IMG/VR virus record: IMGVR_UViG_3300029288_005873
Span: 1-64,000 of that record
DNA length: 64,000 bases
Strand: one strand, 5' to 3'
DNA from: a virus
Taxonomy: Duplodnaviria; Caudoviricetes
How positions within the stretch are numbered: position 1 is the stretch's first letter; each line of letters starts with the position of its first letter. The notes beneath the pieces were generated by a model. The model worked only from the letters and a program-made list of their open reading frames with translations. It was not told the DNA's origin and did not search any database. Shown piece after piece: positions 30,108 through 39,689 of the stretch. The translations under genes were made by a program, and so were the position numbers.

Positions 30108-30284
30108 TTACTGCGACCTAGATACGCTCTTTTCACCACATGAAGCTTTAGCCTTTGCAATAGCATCGTCAACATAGATAACCCATTTATTCATCGTCTC
30201 GATGAAGTTTTTTACATGCGCCTTTATGATATCAAGTTGTTCACTCTTTTCACGCCCAATGTGTCTTCCTTTTTCCTGTGCCAT
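30108..30284 (-). CDS. Small hypothetical protein (58 aa)
   Basis: Fills gap; TAATG overlap with upstream ORF. Confidence 0.45.
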   Translation of the reverse strand: MAQEKGRHIGREKSEQLDIIKAHVKNFIETMNKWVIYVDDAIAKAKASCGEKSVSRSQ

Positions 30285-30499
30285 TATGTTTCCTTCCCAA
30301 TTAAGAGCCTAAAGTCCTTAAGCGTAGACAATAAACCTTCAAGCTTTTTTTTCAAAGTTTCGACCTCAGAAAGTAAATTCGGCTGTCTGTCCCATTTCTC
30401 AAGCAGCCCAGCTACCTTTTCCAGATCGGCAAGAGCCTCAGATACCGAAACTTCCGCATCATCGGAAATTTGTGCCGCTCCCCTATTTTCTTCCGACAT
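30284..30499 (-). CDS. Small coiled-coil hypothetical protein
   Basis: AGGAGGAG upstream. Confidence 0.6.
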   Translation of the reverse strand: MSEENRGAAQISDDAEVSVSEALADLEKVAGLLEKWDRQPNLLSEVETLKKKLEGLLSTLKDFRLLIGKET

Positions 30500-31553
30500 T
30501 TCTCCTCCTTGGAACTGGACCCGGGCGATTCAACCACGCATCTTCACCAACGCGCGCCTGATAAATTACCTGCTCATCTGGCGTCGACTTAACCACTTTA
30601 GTATCTTTTGACGGACACAACTTATGAAGTGCATCCACTGTTGCTCTAATATCCGACATAGCATTATGCTTCTTTTTGTTCTCGACTCCAGCAACTTTAC
30701 AAATATCTTTTAGCGTTATGTAACATGGAAGTTCTCCCGAACGCATTAGATGATATTGCGCATACATACTCTCAAGAGCCAAAACATGAAAATCAAACGG
30801 AAATTTCCAACCCTGCTGTTCAAAAGCTGCCTCAAGGAATCCTTTATCGAATGTCGGATTCTGACCAAACATAACAACTTGCCTTAGGTCCATACCTCCG
30901 ATTTTCGAACGCGCAAACGTTTCAAGCGCACGAATCATATCCTTCTTTGACATCCCTTTTTGTATATCCTCTAGCTTAAGTCCAGTATATTCAAATACGT
31001 TGAAACCACCTTCTATGCCACGTTCAGGATTATCTATTTGAACTAATGTTTCAAATGTTCCAAGTTCATTAAGATTTTTGTCCAGGATGATTGCGGCCAC
31101 CTGCGTTATCTCATGATATGAGGGCTTCAAACCGGTAGTCTCAAGGTCTACGGCAAGCAGAAACTTCATTCCATTCACCTTTGTTTTCGCTTTCGGATGT
31201 CGAGAGCTAATACGCCCGTCAGAAAACCATTGTGGGTATCGCTTAACTGCAAAATCTATCATCAAATGAGAATGACAAAATTTACCATTCGGGCAATAGC
31301 AGAGTAGCTTAACAATCCCGCCATCTCCAAATTCCCAAAGTCTACGAAATGGTTCCTCGCCAACGGCGTCGAGCAAAACTTCATATTTATTGCGGTACTC
31401 TGATTCCCCCATAATACCGCTCTTATATGCAGAGACCATATCCCAAGTGGGGGCAAAAGCCCTTGCCCAACCTACGGCTGATTTAACCGTAATATCAATC
31501 GTATTGCCAGTTTTGACGTGTCCAATCTGAGCACGCCTCAAAACAACAGTCAT
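30483..31553 (-). CDS. DEDDh 3'-5' exonuclease fused to N-terminal DUF488-like domain
   Basis: VDLETTG, GQNPTFD, HNAMSD; N-terminus FAPTWDMV...LLCYC..FCH. Confidence 0.85.
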   Translation of the reverse strand: MTVVLRRAQIGHVKTGNTIDITVKSAVGWARAFAPTWDMVSAYKSGIMGESEYRNKYEVLLDAVGEEPFRRLWEFGDGGIVKLLCYCPNGKFCHSHLMIDFAVKRYPQWFSDGRISSRHPKAKTKVNGMKFLLAVDLETTGLKPSYHEITQVAAIILDKNLNELGTFETLVQIDNPERGIEGGFNVFEYTGLKLEDIQKGMSKKDMIRALETFARSKIGGMDLRQVVMFGQNPTFDKGFLEAAFEQQGWKFPFDFHVLALESMYAQYHLMRSGELPCYITLKDICKVAGVENKKKHNAMSDIRATVDALHKLCPSKDTKVVKSTPDEQVIYQARVGEDAWLNRPGPVPRRRNVGRK

Positions 31554-31774
31554 TTCTGCCTTTTGGTCAATTTGGTCACTACCTTGACCTTGGTGTGTTC
31601 TGGTAGAGAAGCCATAGATGCCGCTAGGCGCTCATCAGGAATTAGATGATTGGTTTCATCTTCCAAAATTGTATCAAAACCGCGCCTACGTAAAAGCTTG
31701 TAAATAATGTATGCCAGTGTTGATTTGCCAGAACCAGATTCTCCACGTACGGTAATTGTAATTTCGTTCATCAA
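31550..31774 (-). CDS. Small P-loop protein
   Basis: GESGSGKST. Confidence 0.6.
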   Translation of the reverse strand: MMNEITITVRGESGSGKSTLAYIIYKLLRRRGFDTILEDETNHLIPDERLAASMASLPEHTKVKVVTKLTKRQK

Positions 31775-32016
31775 ATTCCTCCAGATGATATATCTGGCTT
31801 AATCTTAAAAGTATCGAACAATTCGGACAAGCATTTTTCACAGAGATCAAATTTATAGGAAATCATGTCACCTAGGTGCGTTGATTCGTATCCGCCAGAA
31901 ACCTCAGCAGATAATCCATAATATTCTCCGGCTTTCATACACGTGTAACCGCACCTGTTACAAATAGCATCTTCCAATTTGTTCACATACTTACGGACGC
32001 GTTTCCACTTCAACAT
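31771..32016 (-). CDS. Zinc-finger hypothetical protein
   Basis: CNRCG...GGYES...FDLCEKC. Confidence 0.65.
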   Translation of the reverse strand: MLKWKRVRKYVNKLEDAICNRCGYTCMKAGEYYGLSAEVSGGYESTHLGDMISYKFDLCEKCLSELFDTFKIKPDISSGGI

Positions 32017-32626
32017 TTAACGCCTCCCAGACCTTAGCAACCTGGTATTCGGTTTCGCTTAAACTTTTGGAGTTGTCAATCACAAAATCAGCTAGTTTTA
32101 CCTTCTCCTCCTGCGACATCTGTGCTGTAATACGCGCCAAAGCTTCTTCTTTTGTTAGTGAATTTCGCCGCATAAGTCGCTCAATTCGTATTTGGTCATC
32201 TGTAAAAACTACCACAAGACGGTCCATCTCATTGTAACGACCAGTTTCAACAAGCAAAGCCGACTCATATACAATATGCCTAGATGGATCTAAACGTCTC
32301 ATTAGATCGATCAATTCCCGCGAATCAGAAGCCACCATTGGGTGAATCTTTTCCTCAAGGCGCTTTCGACGTTCTGTATCTCCGAACACAATTCTAGCAA
32401 GTTTTTTATGGTCAAGTCTTCCAACCGAATCAGAAATTTCAGATTTTGGAACACCAATCAGATTAGATAACTCGGACCCCTTCGTTTTCTCCCAAAAGCA
32501 AAAAAGCTCAGCATGAGACAGTTTATCAGAATCAATCAGGTTGCTACCAAGTTTCTCAAACATTGTAGCAACAGAACTTTTTCCTGTAGCAATTCCTCCA
32601 GTAAGACCTACAACCAAACCCTTCAT
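31991..32626 (-). CDS. coaE: Dephospho-CoA kinase
   Basis: VGLTGGIATGKS, IDSD, IHP, ALLVE, RLMRR, RITAQ, ADFVIDN. Confidence 0.93.
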   Translation of the reverse strand: MKGLVVGLTGGIATGKSSVATMFEKLGSNLIDSDKLSHAELFCFWEKTKGSELSNLIGVPKSEISDSVGRLDHKKLARIVFGDTERRKRLEEKIHPMVASDSRELIDLMRRLDPSRHIVYESALLVETGRYNEMDRLVVVFTDDQIRIERLMRRNSLTKEEALARITAQMSQEEKVKLADFVIDNSKSLSETEYQVAKVWEALNVEVETRP

Positions 32627-33255
32627 TGACAGAATCCCAATATAAGACTTGCTACCAAAGCCAATAGGATAATAACCGAAAAAGCAATTTTGATTCCCTT
32701 CGACTTCTCCAATGGTTGCGAGGTCTCTTCTGGGATTTCCTCCCCCGCTTCCCATCGAACAAAACGTCTCACTATACAAGGTTCGCCGATTCGGTCGGAG
32801 AGCTCCGTAAGAAGTTCTCCAATAGTACGACTTGGATCTTTGATAAATGGCTGTAGCAACAAATAGCGCGCACTATCAATCTCACCACTGCCAGAATCCT
32901 CCCATGGAACATCTTCTGGCGACACCCATGACGGCTTCATTGCAGCAATGTGTATTGCCAGATCATGAACAAATGTTTTGAATTCATCTGTCCTTGCCGC
33001 AAAATCTGTGCCGCACTCTACTTCAACCATTACGCCTATGCGATCCCCAATATGTACATATGAATGTACATATCCAGTCCTAGTACCTTCGGCAGTAGAT
33101 TCGGTTGGATTATCAATTCGACGTTTTCTGATTATGCCTTCAGCAACCGCCAAATCACCCCCACAACTCCTCAGAATAGAATAACAGTCAACCACTCCTG
33201 CGCCTGTTTTGCTGCGCAATTCCTTGACCATAGTGGTAGAAATCTTATCTCCCAT
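32623..33255 (-). CDS. tsf: Elongation factor Ts (short form) with C-terminal hydrophobic helix
   Basis: VKELRSKTGAGVVDC, SYVH, EVECGTDFAAR, HIAAMKP, LLLQPFIKDP, VRRFVRWEAGE. Confidence 0.9.
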   Translation of the reverse strand: MGDKISTTMVKELRSKTGAGVVDCYSILRSCGGDLAVAEGIIRKRRIDNPTESTAEGTRTGYVHSYVHIGDRIGVMVEVECGTDFAARTDEFKTFVHDLAIHIAAMKPSWVSPEDVPWEDSGSGEIDSARYLLLQPFIKDPSRTIGELLTELSDRIGEPCIVRRFVRWEAGEEIPEETSQPLEKSKGIKIAFSVIILLALVASLILGFCQ

Positions 33256-33271
33256 ATTTTCCTCCTAGGAA

Positions 33272-33300
33272 AAAATATCCTTAGATGACGCCGATGTCAA
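33272..33300 (-). promoter_or_regulatory. Sigma70-type promoter upstream of tsf
   Basis: TTGACA-N17-TATTTT, then AGGAGG. Confidence 0.65.
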
Positions 33301-33615
33301 CTATAAACTCAGTAGGACAAGAGCAACTACTGCAAAAAATACCCCGATACCTTGCCAAAGCGTACATGTCTCGCCCATCAAAACAAAGGCAAAAAAATAC
33401 GACAGGCTACATATAATGTCAAAAATAGCACTTGCTACAGAAAGAGACATTTTGGTAGTATTGGCTATTATCGCCCATGTCGTTGAAGTGAGTACTGCGT
33501 TCAATGGTATCAGGAAAAAGAAGCCTTTACGCCCAGATTTTAGTTGTCTGCTGAACCAAGCACCTATGGCAGCCAAAAACGGAAGCAGAAAAAGCATCAG
33601 GATATCAATCCTCAT
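33301..33615 (-). CDS. Small 4-TM membrane protein (SMR/EamA-like)
   Basis: Four hydrophobic helices, GE...QGIG motif. Confidence 0.6.
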   Translation of the reverse strand: MRIDILMLFLLPFLAAIGAWFSRQLKSGRKGFFFLIPLNAVLTSTTWAIIANTTKMSLSVASAIFDIICSLSYFFAFVLMGETCTLWQGIGVFFAVVALVLLSL

Positions 33616-33756
33616 TTTTGATCCTATTTCACAAAACAAGTAATCAGGTTTCCAGCCGCAAGCAAAACTAGACCAAAAATAAACAGAAGAACAACGACAA
33701 TCTTTTCGGGTCGCCTAAGTCTGCGCCATGTTTTCGCATAAGCTACATGACGCCTC

Positions 33757-34077
33757 TCAAGGATTTCTAGAACCTTTTTTAGAAAATCCATTAACTTTCT
33801 CCCATCTATCCCATGCTTCCAGATGGTTGTCGCAGATTGACCGCAATTTCACAACCTGGTCCTTCAGTAAAAGAACCTCATCCCAATGATTAAACCGACA
33901 CCTGTATCCAAAGATATACGTTATCCCAATCCAGATGCGTCTCCAGAAGCTGCGCGGACGATTTAACTGAAACTCGACATAGATTTCGGGACAGTCATCG
34001 GAGCTTCCGTCGTCCAAGATAAACCTAAGCATGTGTCTAGCAGATGTACAACTACATTCTAGATATTGGGTCTCCAT
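33757..34077 (-). CDS. Hypothetical phage protein
   Basis: CSC...H, FWRRIW..ITYIFG. Confidence 0.65.
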   Translation of the reverse strand: METQYLECSCTSARHMLRFILDDGSSDDCPEIYVEFQLNRPRSFWRRIWIGITYIFGYRCRFNHWDEVLLLKDQVVKLRSICDNHLEAWDRWEKVNGFSKKGSRNP

Positions 34078-34581
34078 TTAGTCTTCCTCGTCGTCTCGAT
34101 ATTTCTCACGCGATATTTTTGCCCAATCGGGTTCAGGATCATCTAAACTTACCGAAGCTGCTAACATGTGTTTGTAACAGAACCTGCCATAATCGACAAT
34201 ACGGCCCTGTCTCATCTGTGGGGGATCAATCCTTGGTTTTGACCAATCTTCTTCACCAACTTCCTTATTTACCAAAATATGAATCATGCGTCTTTCAGCA
34301 TCCACAACATATACCCACTCAGTAAATAGAGGATCTGGGGCTTCACTGGTTATGTGTAGCTTATCCTGCCAATGCTCATATTCATTGCCAAGTGCTGCTG
34401 CCAGGAACCCCGCCCAGCTCTCATGCTCTAGAAGCATTTTACAAAACTTCTCAACATTCCTTTCATGAGAAAGAATTCGCCACAGGTCAGATCCAAGACC
34501 ACCAGGATATGAATCACAATGATTATAAACGCCCTCCCATTTAAGGGGTACTCCAACTGCCACACAGCCTCGTGAACTCAT
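34078..34581 (-). CDS. Hypothetical phage protein
   Basis: MSSRG...YNHCDSYP..LG, EWVYV. Confidence 0.65.
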   Translation of the reverse strand: MSSRGCVAVGVPLKWEGVYNHCDSYPGGLGSDLWRILSHERNVEKFCKMLLEHESWAGFLAAALGNEYEHWQDKLHITSEAPDPLFTEWVYVVDAERRMIHILVNKEVGEEDWSKPRIDPPQMRQGRIVDYGRFCYKHMLAASVSLDDPEPDWAKISREKYRDDEED

Positions 34582-34583
34582 TC

Positions 34584-34928
34584 TCAATCCTTTATAAATG
34601 TTGTGAAAGTTTTTCCACAACAATGGCAAAGCCACTGTCCCTTTCTATATTCGAAAACAGATTCACTTTCACATTTCGGACACAATTCTATGGAGGCGGG
34701 AACATATTGTTCTAACTCCGTCTCTGGCACTGGAAAATCTGCTTGGATCTGTCCACAGTCAAGACAGAAGGAAAACTCCACATAATCCCCTCTACCAATT
34801 CCCATGTCACATGGAACATATCCATTACTTTCTTTCCTACTATCACCTACAATAGAACAACTACACATATCACTACATTTTGCAGTCATACTAACAATTC
34901 TATTGCTACTACATCTTTTACAACTCAT
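34584..34928 (-). CDS. Cys-rich zinc-ribbon protein
   Basis: Multiple CxxC. Confidence 0.65.
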   Translation of the reverse strand: MSCKRCSSNRIVSMTAKCSDMCSCSIVGDSRKESNGYVPCDMGIGRGDYVEFSFCLDCGQIQADFPVPETELEQYVPASIELCPKCESESVFEYRKGQWLCHCCGKTFTTFIKD

Positions 34929-35536
34929 TCTTTTTCCCCCTCTGCCAATGGAGCCACGAGTCTAAATTCTGTGCGCAATCTATTGTAGTGCGGCTGCCAA
35001 TATTCTTTGTAGCATTGCCATGAAGTAAAGCAACGATTCCAACCAGCAACTCCATCACGTTGCTGTAGAATTGTCCGCCAGCGGTCATTGGAGGCAGAAT
35101 AGTCTACAATTTTTCCAGTATTAGCAATCTGTAGACCAAAATCCAGGATGCGAAGCGAATGAAATAATGATTTCAGACCCAAACGAAATTCATTATGTAC
35201 TTCAATCTTCTTCTTGGCCTTAACCCAAGAGTTGCTGGATTTTGCTGAAAATGATCTGCGAAGCTTGCTCAGATCTAGCTTAAATTCAAACTCACTAGAG
35301 CGGACAGCCATATCATTTGGAAGAAACCAACATTCCAAAGCAGCCGGATCGTGCTCATTAAGCAGCCACTGGAACTCGGCTGCGGTCCAAATGGTCAGGT
35401 CAACACCCGACCAGTGAATCTGGGCATCCGGTTCGTCGGCGGAATCGGCAACCAGGATTAGGTCGGTGTCCGACTTCTCGTCGGCAGTACCGTAGACGCG
35501 GCTACCGTATGGATAGATGTTCATAATCATCGCCAT
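34925..35536 (-). CDS. Pol-beta-superfamily nucleotidyltransferase
   Basis: YGSRVYGT...SDTD; KSLFHSLR helical domain. Confidence 0.8.
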   Translation of the reverse strand: MAMIMNIYPYGSRVYGTADEKSDTDLILVADSADEPDAQIHWSGVDLTIWTAAEFQWLLNEHDPAALECWFLPNDMAVRSSEFEFKLDLSKLRRSFSAKSSNSWVKAKKKIEVHNEFRLGLKSLFHSLRILDFGLQIANTGKIVDYSASNDRWRTILQQRDGVAGWNRCFTSWQCYKEYWQPHYNRLRTEFRLVAPLAEGEKE

Positions 35537-35539
35537 CTC

Positions 35540-35827
35540 CTATGGCAGCGGCATTGGCGCATTATCCTTTTTGCGCTCACGTTTTGGACACTCCGCCGGA
35601 GCGCCTATGCCGGTTGGCAATGTCTCGCCGGGGATCTGGATGTGAAGCAGGGCATCCAAGGCGGCACAGCGCCATTCGCGCTTCCAGAAAGCGCCATCGC
35701 CATCATCCTTGGTCTTCAAATGCTCGCACCAGCGACATTCGACATATGGCAGCTCAAACCGCCTGATCTGCTCAGGATGGCGCCCCATGATCGCGCGACG
35801 CTCCTCTTTCCTTTTCTTGTTGGTCAT
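35540..35827 (-). CDS. Hypothetical protein (Cys-containing)
   Basis: GGAGG upstream; CRWC...C...CP. Confidence 0.5.
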   Translation of the reverse strand: MTNKKRKEERRAIMGRHPEQIRRFELPYVECRWCEHLKTKDDGDGAFWKREWRCAALDALLHIQIPGETLPTGIGAPAECPKRERKKDNAPMPLP

Positions 35828-36567
35828 CAATAATCCTCCACGACCACCGGCATACCAACGTAGGCGAACTGCCTGTTCAACCACCTGGCGTCTTCGACCA
35901 TCATCCTGACGCATCCATGGCTAGCATTTCGTCCAACCAACCATTTATTTCCATGTGCCCCTGTTCCGTCGCGATGGAACGGCATGTAGTACGGCATCGG
36001 ATGCCCGCATGACTTCTTGTTGGCGCAATCGACCGGATACAGGTCCGACCGTTTGCCGGCATTGTAGAGCTTCATGACAGCATGCGTTCCTGGATGCGTC
36101 TTACACTCCAGCCTGCCGGTCTCCTTACATACCTTGGCTCCGCCATTGGCGATTCCCCAGCGCACCAACCTGGCACGCAGGTTCTGCCACGGAATTGGCT
36201 CATATGCTGCCCAAGCAAGCTTGTTGAGGTCGACCACAATATGCTTGGGACCAAACCACGCCTTCTCCCGAGGAAATGGAGAATATATAAACGGATTGGA
36301 GTAAAAAACTTTAGGCAATGCAATAATATGCCCATTCCACAGAAGAGTATTGCGCCTGTTGATCAACATAGCAATTTGTCTTTTCTGCACATCAGGAAAC
36401 CTCTCATCCCACTCAACATATTGTTTCGAAGATTCTTTTGGAACTCTAATTTTTTCACAAGAATATATCTGTGGCTGGTCTCTACACAAACTTACGGCAA
36501 AATCTGAAGGTGAAGCGAGCGAGACTCCAGAAAGACAAAGAAGACACAATATGACCGCCAACCTCAT
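35827..36567 (-). CDS. L,D-transpeptidase (YkuD family), secreted
   Basis: Signal peptide; MPYYM, GAHG, ASHGCVRM. Confidence 0.88.
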   Translation of the reverse strand: MRLAVILCLLCLSGVSLASPSDFAVSLCRDQPQIYSCEKIRVPKESSKQYVEWDERFPDVQKRQIAMLINRRNTLLWNGHIIALPKVFYSNPFIYSPFPREKAWFGPKHIVVDLNKLAWAAYEPIPWQNLRARLVRWGIANGGAKVCKETGRLECKTHPGTHAVMKLYNAGKRSDLYPVDCANKKSCGHPMPYYMPFHRDGTGAHGNKWLVGRNASHGCVRMMVEDARWLNRQFAYVGMPVVVEDY

Positions 36568-37629
36568 TTACATTACCCTTTCACACCATGCAACAGCAAG
36601 ATCGACCACTGCTTCGGCATCATCAAGCTGTACCATTTCTACAGACGTATGCATGTACCGCATTGGAACCATCAAAGTCCCGGTTAGGACTCCACCACAG
36701 GAACGGAATATGGCATCAGCCTCGACGCATCCATCGGAGTTTGGTGTTGCTTCCCTTTGAACCATTATTCCCTTGTCATGCGCGGTGTCTAACAATTCTC
36801 GTACCATCATAGGATGCGATGAGCCCCCTATGCCAATGACGGGTCCCCCTCCAAGCCGTACAGACCCATATTTATCCTTTGATAAATCTGGTGTATCAAT
36901 AGCAAAAGTACCATCTATTCCCAGTGCTAGACGTGGGCTTAATTGTTCAACAGCCATATGTGCTCCATGAAGACCGGTCTCCTCTTGGACACTTGCTACC
37001 ATATGTACGCGAGCTTTCAGCTTGTCCGATTTAAGCAATCGCAATGCCGCCTCAGCAAGACACCAAGCGCCAATTCTATCGTCCATTCCAGGCGCGCATA
37101 CTCTATTTCCCATGAAAGACTTAAACTGTGGTGAGAAGATTATTGGAGTTCCAACCGTAACCAATTCAGCAATATCAGAAAGGTCGCATGCTCCAACATC
37201 AACTCGCAAATCATGTATTAATGGAGGTTCGTCATCATCTTCCTCAAGATGTACAGGGCGACGTCCAATTACTCCATCAATTGGTGGATCAGACATAACC
37301 ATAACATGTTGACCAATAAGCGCTAGTGGATCAAGCCCGCCGATTTCGGCGACGCATATAAGTCCATCTTCGTCCACATGCCTGACCATTAAACCAATTG
37401 TATCAATATGAGCTACAAGCATTACACTCGTCTGTCCACCTGGATTTATTGTAGTCATAGAGTTGCCGTATGTATCTGTCGATACCTGTAAACCGTATTG
37501 CTCAAGATATTTTCGCCAGCATGCGGCTGCTGAATCTTCGAAACCGGACGGACCCGGCGCCATCACAAGAGCCTTCAGAAACTCTGGCGCATCATGCGGA
37601 ACAACCTTTGTCTTCTTCTTCTTTACCAT
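36568..37629 (-). CDS. M42-family aminopeptidase
   Basis: PSGFE, AHIDTIG, DDRIG, QEETG, RYMHT. Confidence 0.92.
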   Translation of the reverse strand: MVKKKKTKVVPHDAPEFLKALVMAPGPSGFEDSAAACWRKYLEQYGLQVSTDTYGNSMTTINPGGQTSVMLVAHIDTIGLMVRHVDEDGLICVAEIGGLDPLALIGQHVMVMSDPPIDGVIGRRPVHLEEDDDEPPLIHDLRVDVGACDLSDIAELVTVGTPIIFSPQFKSFMGNRVCAPGMDDRIGAWCLAEAALRLLKSDKLKARVHMVASVQEETGLHGAHMAVEQLSPRLALGIDGTFAIDTPDLSKDKYGSVRLGGGPVIGIGGSSHPMMVRELLDTAHDKGIMVQREATPNSDGCVEADAIFRSCGGVLTGTLMVPMRYMHTSVEMVQLDDAEAVVDLAVAWCERVM

Positions 37630-37630
37630 C

Positions 37631-37960
37631 TTAGTCCTCAAAATCGCCCTGTAGGCGGAAACAAAGCCATCTAACCAGACCATTTGCAATGGCATTGACT
37701 AAGGGATCAGCTTGTCTTGTCAAGACATCAAGTCGCTTTCCTGGAATTACCTCTATAAATCGCTCTTTGCGAAATGGTGATGGGCGCACATCTTCACCCC
37801 ATTTTACCAATGGATAAGGCGCACCGGGAATGGATATAATCCATCGTCCTGCTTCCCATGTCATATCTAAGCCGAAACCGAAGAACTCTGACAAATGCTC
37901 ACCAAGCACCTTTTTTGTGGGTTTCTTCTCAAGCCACGAAATAAACCTGTCTAGTGCCAT
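37631..37960 (-). CDS. Hypothetical protein
   Basis: GGAGG upstream. Confidence 0.65.
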   Translation of the reverse strand: MALDRFISWLEKKPTKKVLGEHLSEFFGFGLDMTWEAGRWIISIPGAPYPLVKWGEDVRPSPFRKERFIEVIPGKRLDVLTRQADPLVNAIANGLVRWLCFRLQGDFED

Positions 37961-37971
37961 GTGTCCTCCAA

Positions 37972-38343
37972 CTAAACTAATCTTCGTGTGAACTTCTCCA
38001 GGTCACCAAATTCAAGCTTGTTTCCACAACCTTTTGGGCATAGATCATCTACCCTTCCATCCTGTTTACCGCAATTTGGACATACAACACCAAAAACGGC
38101 AGCAATGGGTCCTCCTCCATCAGACTCTGTCCCAAAAATACCATTCAACAACCCTAAGAGCCCAACTTTTGGACCAGACTCTGACCCATAGTCACAAACC
38201 TGAACTGTTGGATGTAAAGCAAGAGCTTCATTACAATGAACTCTTGACTCAACTAATGCGTACAAAGCCGTTGGATCCACCTGAAGTAGATGATTTAAAA
38301 ACTCAATAGTATCGTCAATTGTAACAACTTCCCTTAATGCCAT
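37972..38343 (-). CDS. Hypothetical phage protein
   Basis: HPTVQV...VGLLGLLNGIFG; C-terminal zinc ribbon. Confidence 0.65.
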   Translation of the reverse strand: MALREVVTIDDTIEFLNHLLQVDPTALYALVESRVHCNEALALHPTVQVCDYGSESGPKVGLLGLLNGIFGTESDGGGPIAAVFGVVCPNCGKQDGRVDDLCPKGCGNKLEFGDLEKFTRRLV

Positions 38344-38346
38344 TGG

Positions 38347-38877
38347 TCACTCCTTGAATCCAAGCTTTCTCCAGAAAGCCTTCTCCTCGTCCTGTGTTAA
38401 TCTTCCCTTGTTAAAGTCTGGCGGCGGCTGATTACCATACCTGACATAATTTTCAACAGCAAAACGTTCATTGAGAAAATGGAAAACATCCTTCAAAACA
38501 ACCATCTCGGAACTACTGAAATGCTCCCCATTTTGGACAGGCTCTCGACTCAGCTTTATCGTGGGTCCGTGATTCGCCAAACCATCAATCAGCCTAGACG
38601 CAAAAGGTGAACGTGGATCTTTGGTATCAATTGCTATGAAATGCTCCTCGTCCTGAATCGGCTCCATTACAACTCTACCATCATCGTCAAGGTGTGGACG
38701 GTGCGTCTTCCACATGTCTTGAATAGCTTCCGTAGTCTTTGTGTCAAGGAAACATACGACCTCATTGGTTTTTGGGGAAACGTGCTCAATTACAACACCA
38801 CCAAACATGACTTCAAGATTTCTGCCACGACGCTCAATTCCAGTATCCCAAAGTCTAACAGTTACACCCCTGCCCAT
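38347..38877 (-). CDS. Hypothetical protein
   Basis: GGAGG upstream. Confidence 0.65.
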   Translation of the reverse strand: MGRGVTVRLWDTGIERRGRNLEVMFGGVVIEHVSPKTNEVVCFLDTKTTEAIQDMWKTHRPHLDDDGRVVMEPIQDEEHFIAIDTKDPRSPFASRLIDGLANHGPTIKLSREPVQNGEHFSSSEMVVLKDVFHFLNERFAVENYVRYGNQPPPDFNKGRLTQDEEKAFWRKLGFKE

Positions 38878-38892
38878 ATTTAACCTCCAAAA

Positions 38893-39420
38893 TTAATCCG
38901 TAAAATGAAGCTCCCATTTTTTACACCAATCATTCCATACTAGATTCCCACACGACTTTAGATGATGAAGATATACTGAAATATCATCAGATATAGCGTC
39001 ATATGTGGAATCACACATGCGTTCCCCAATGTACTTTTCCAAATACGAAGCTACTAAAATTGCCAGCATTTGGGGGACCTTGTCTCTCCATGTGAATCTC
39101 CATTTGTGCGGATCGAGAGCTTCGACAATGGCAAATTCAGGAATTACTTTTTCCATAAAAGGGGCATTTAAAAACTCACTGGAATTCAGACAAGGCTCTC
39201 CCCGTGCCTTCATTAACTCAATGGGAATAAGTTTATATGGACCAATAATATCTAAAGGTACATTTCCAAAAAGATTAAAGCTTCTGTCGACCCTAGATGT
39301 GACTTTTGTGTCAGCTTCGGGGTCACACTTTGGTATAAAATTCTTACATAGTGGATTGGAACAGTAGAACCTAAAAACAAGGTCGTCGCCGGACGAATTA
39401 CACAATGGACATTTCATCAT
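38893..39420 (-). CDS. Hypothetical protein with N-terminal zinc ribbon
   Basis: CPLC...FYCSNPLC. Confidence 0.65.
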   Translation of the reverse strand: MMKCPLCNSSGDDLVFRFYCSNPLCKNFIPKCDPEADTKVTSRVDRSFNLFGNVPLDIIGPYKLIPIELMKARGEPCLNSSEFLNAPFMEKVIPEFAIVEALDPHKWRFTWRDKVPQMLAILVASYLEKYIGERMCDSTYDAISDDISVYLHHLKSCGNLVWNDWCKKWELHFTD

Positions 39421-39434
39421 TGCCTCCTATACTA

Positions 39435-39686
39435 TTATTCAATTATGCGAAAGGAATTAATGCTCTCTGTTAACAGAGATTTAAACATCTTGGACCATTC
39501 TGCCTGGATTTGGTTCAAATAAGATTCGGGTTCCATTTTGAAAATCTTAACAATAGGCAATAAACGATCTTTCTTACTCTTATCTGGAACATAATTGGTA
39601 CATTTAATATTGTTACAACAAAATCCAACAAACAGAGCACAACCGGGCGCTCCGCAAAGAGGACATTTTTCCATAAGTGCTCCCAA
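39435..39686 (-). CDS. Hypothetical protein with N-terminal zinc ribbon
   Basis: CPLC...FCCNNIKC. Confidence 0.55.
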   Translation of the reverse strand: MGALMEKCPLCGAPGCALFVGFCCNNIKCTNYVPDKSKKDRLLPIVKIFKMEPESYLNQIQAEWSKMFKSLLTESINSFRIIE

Positions 39687-39689
39687 TCC

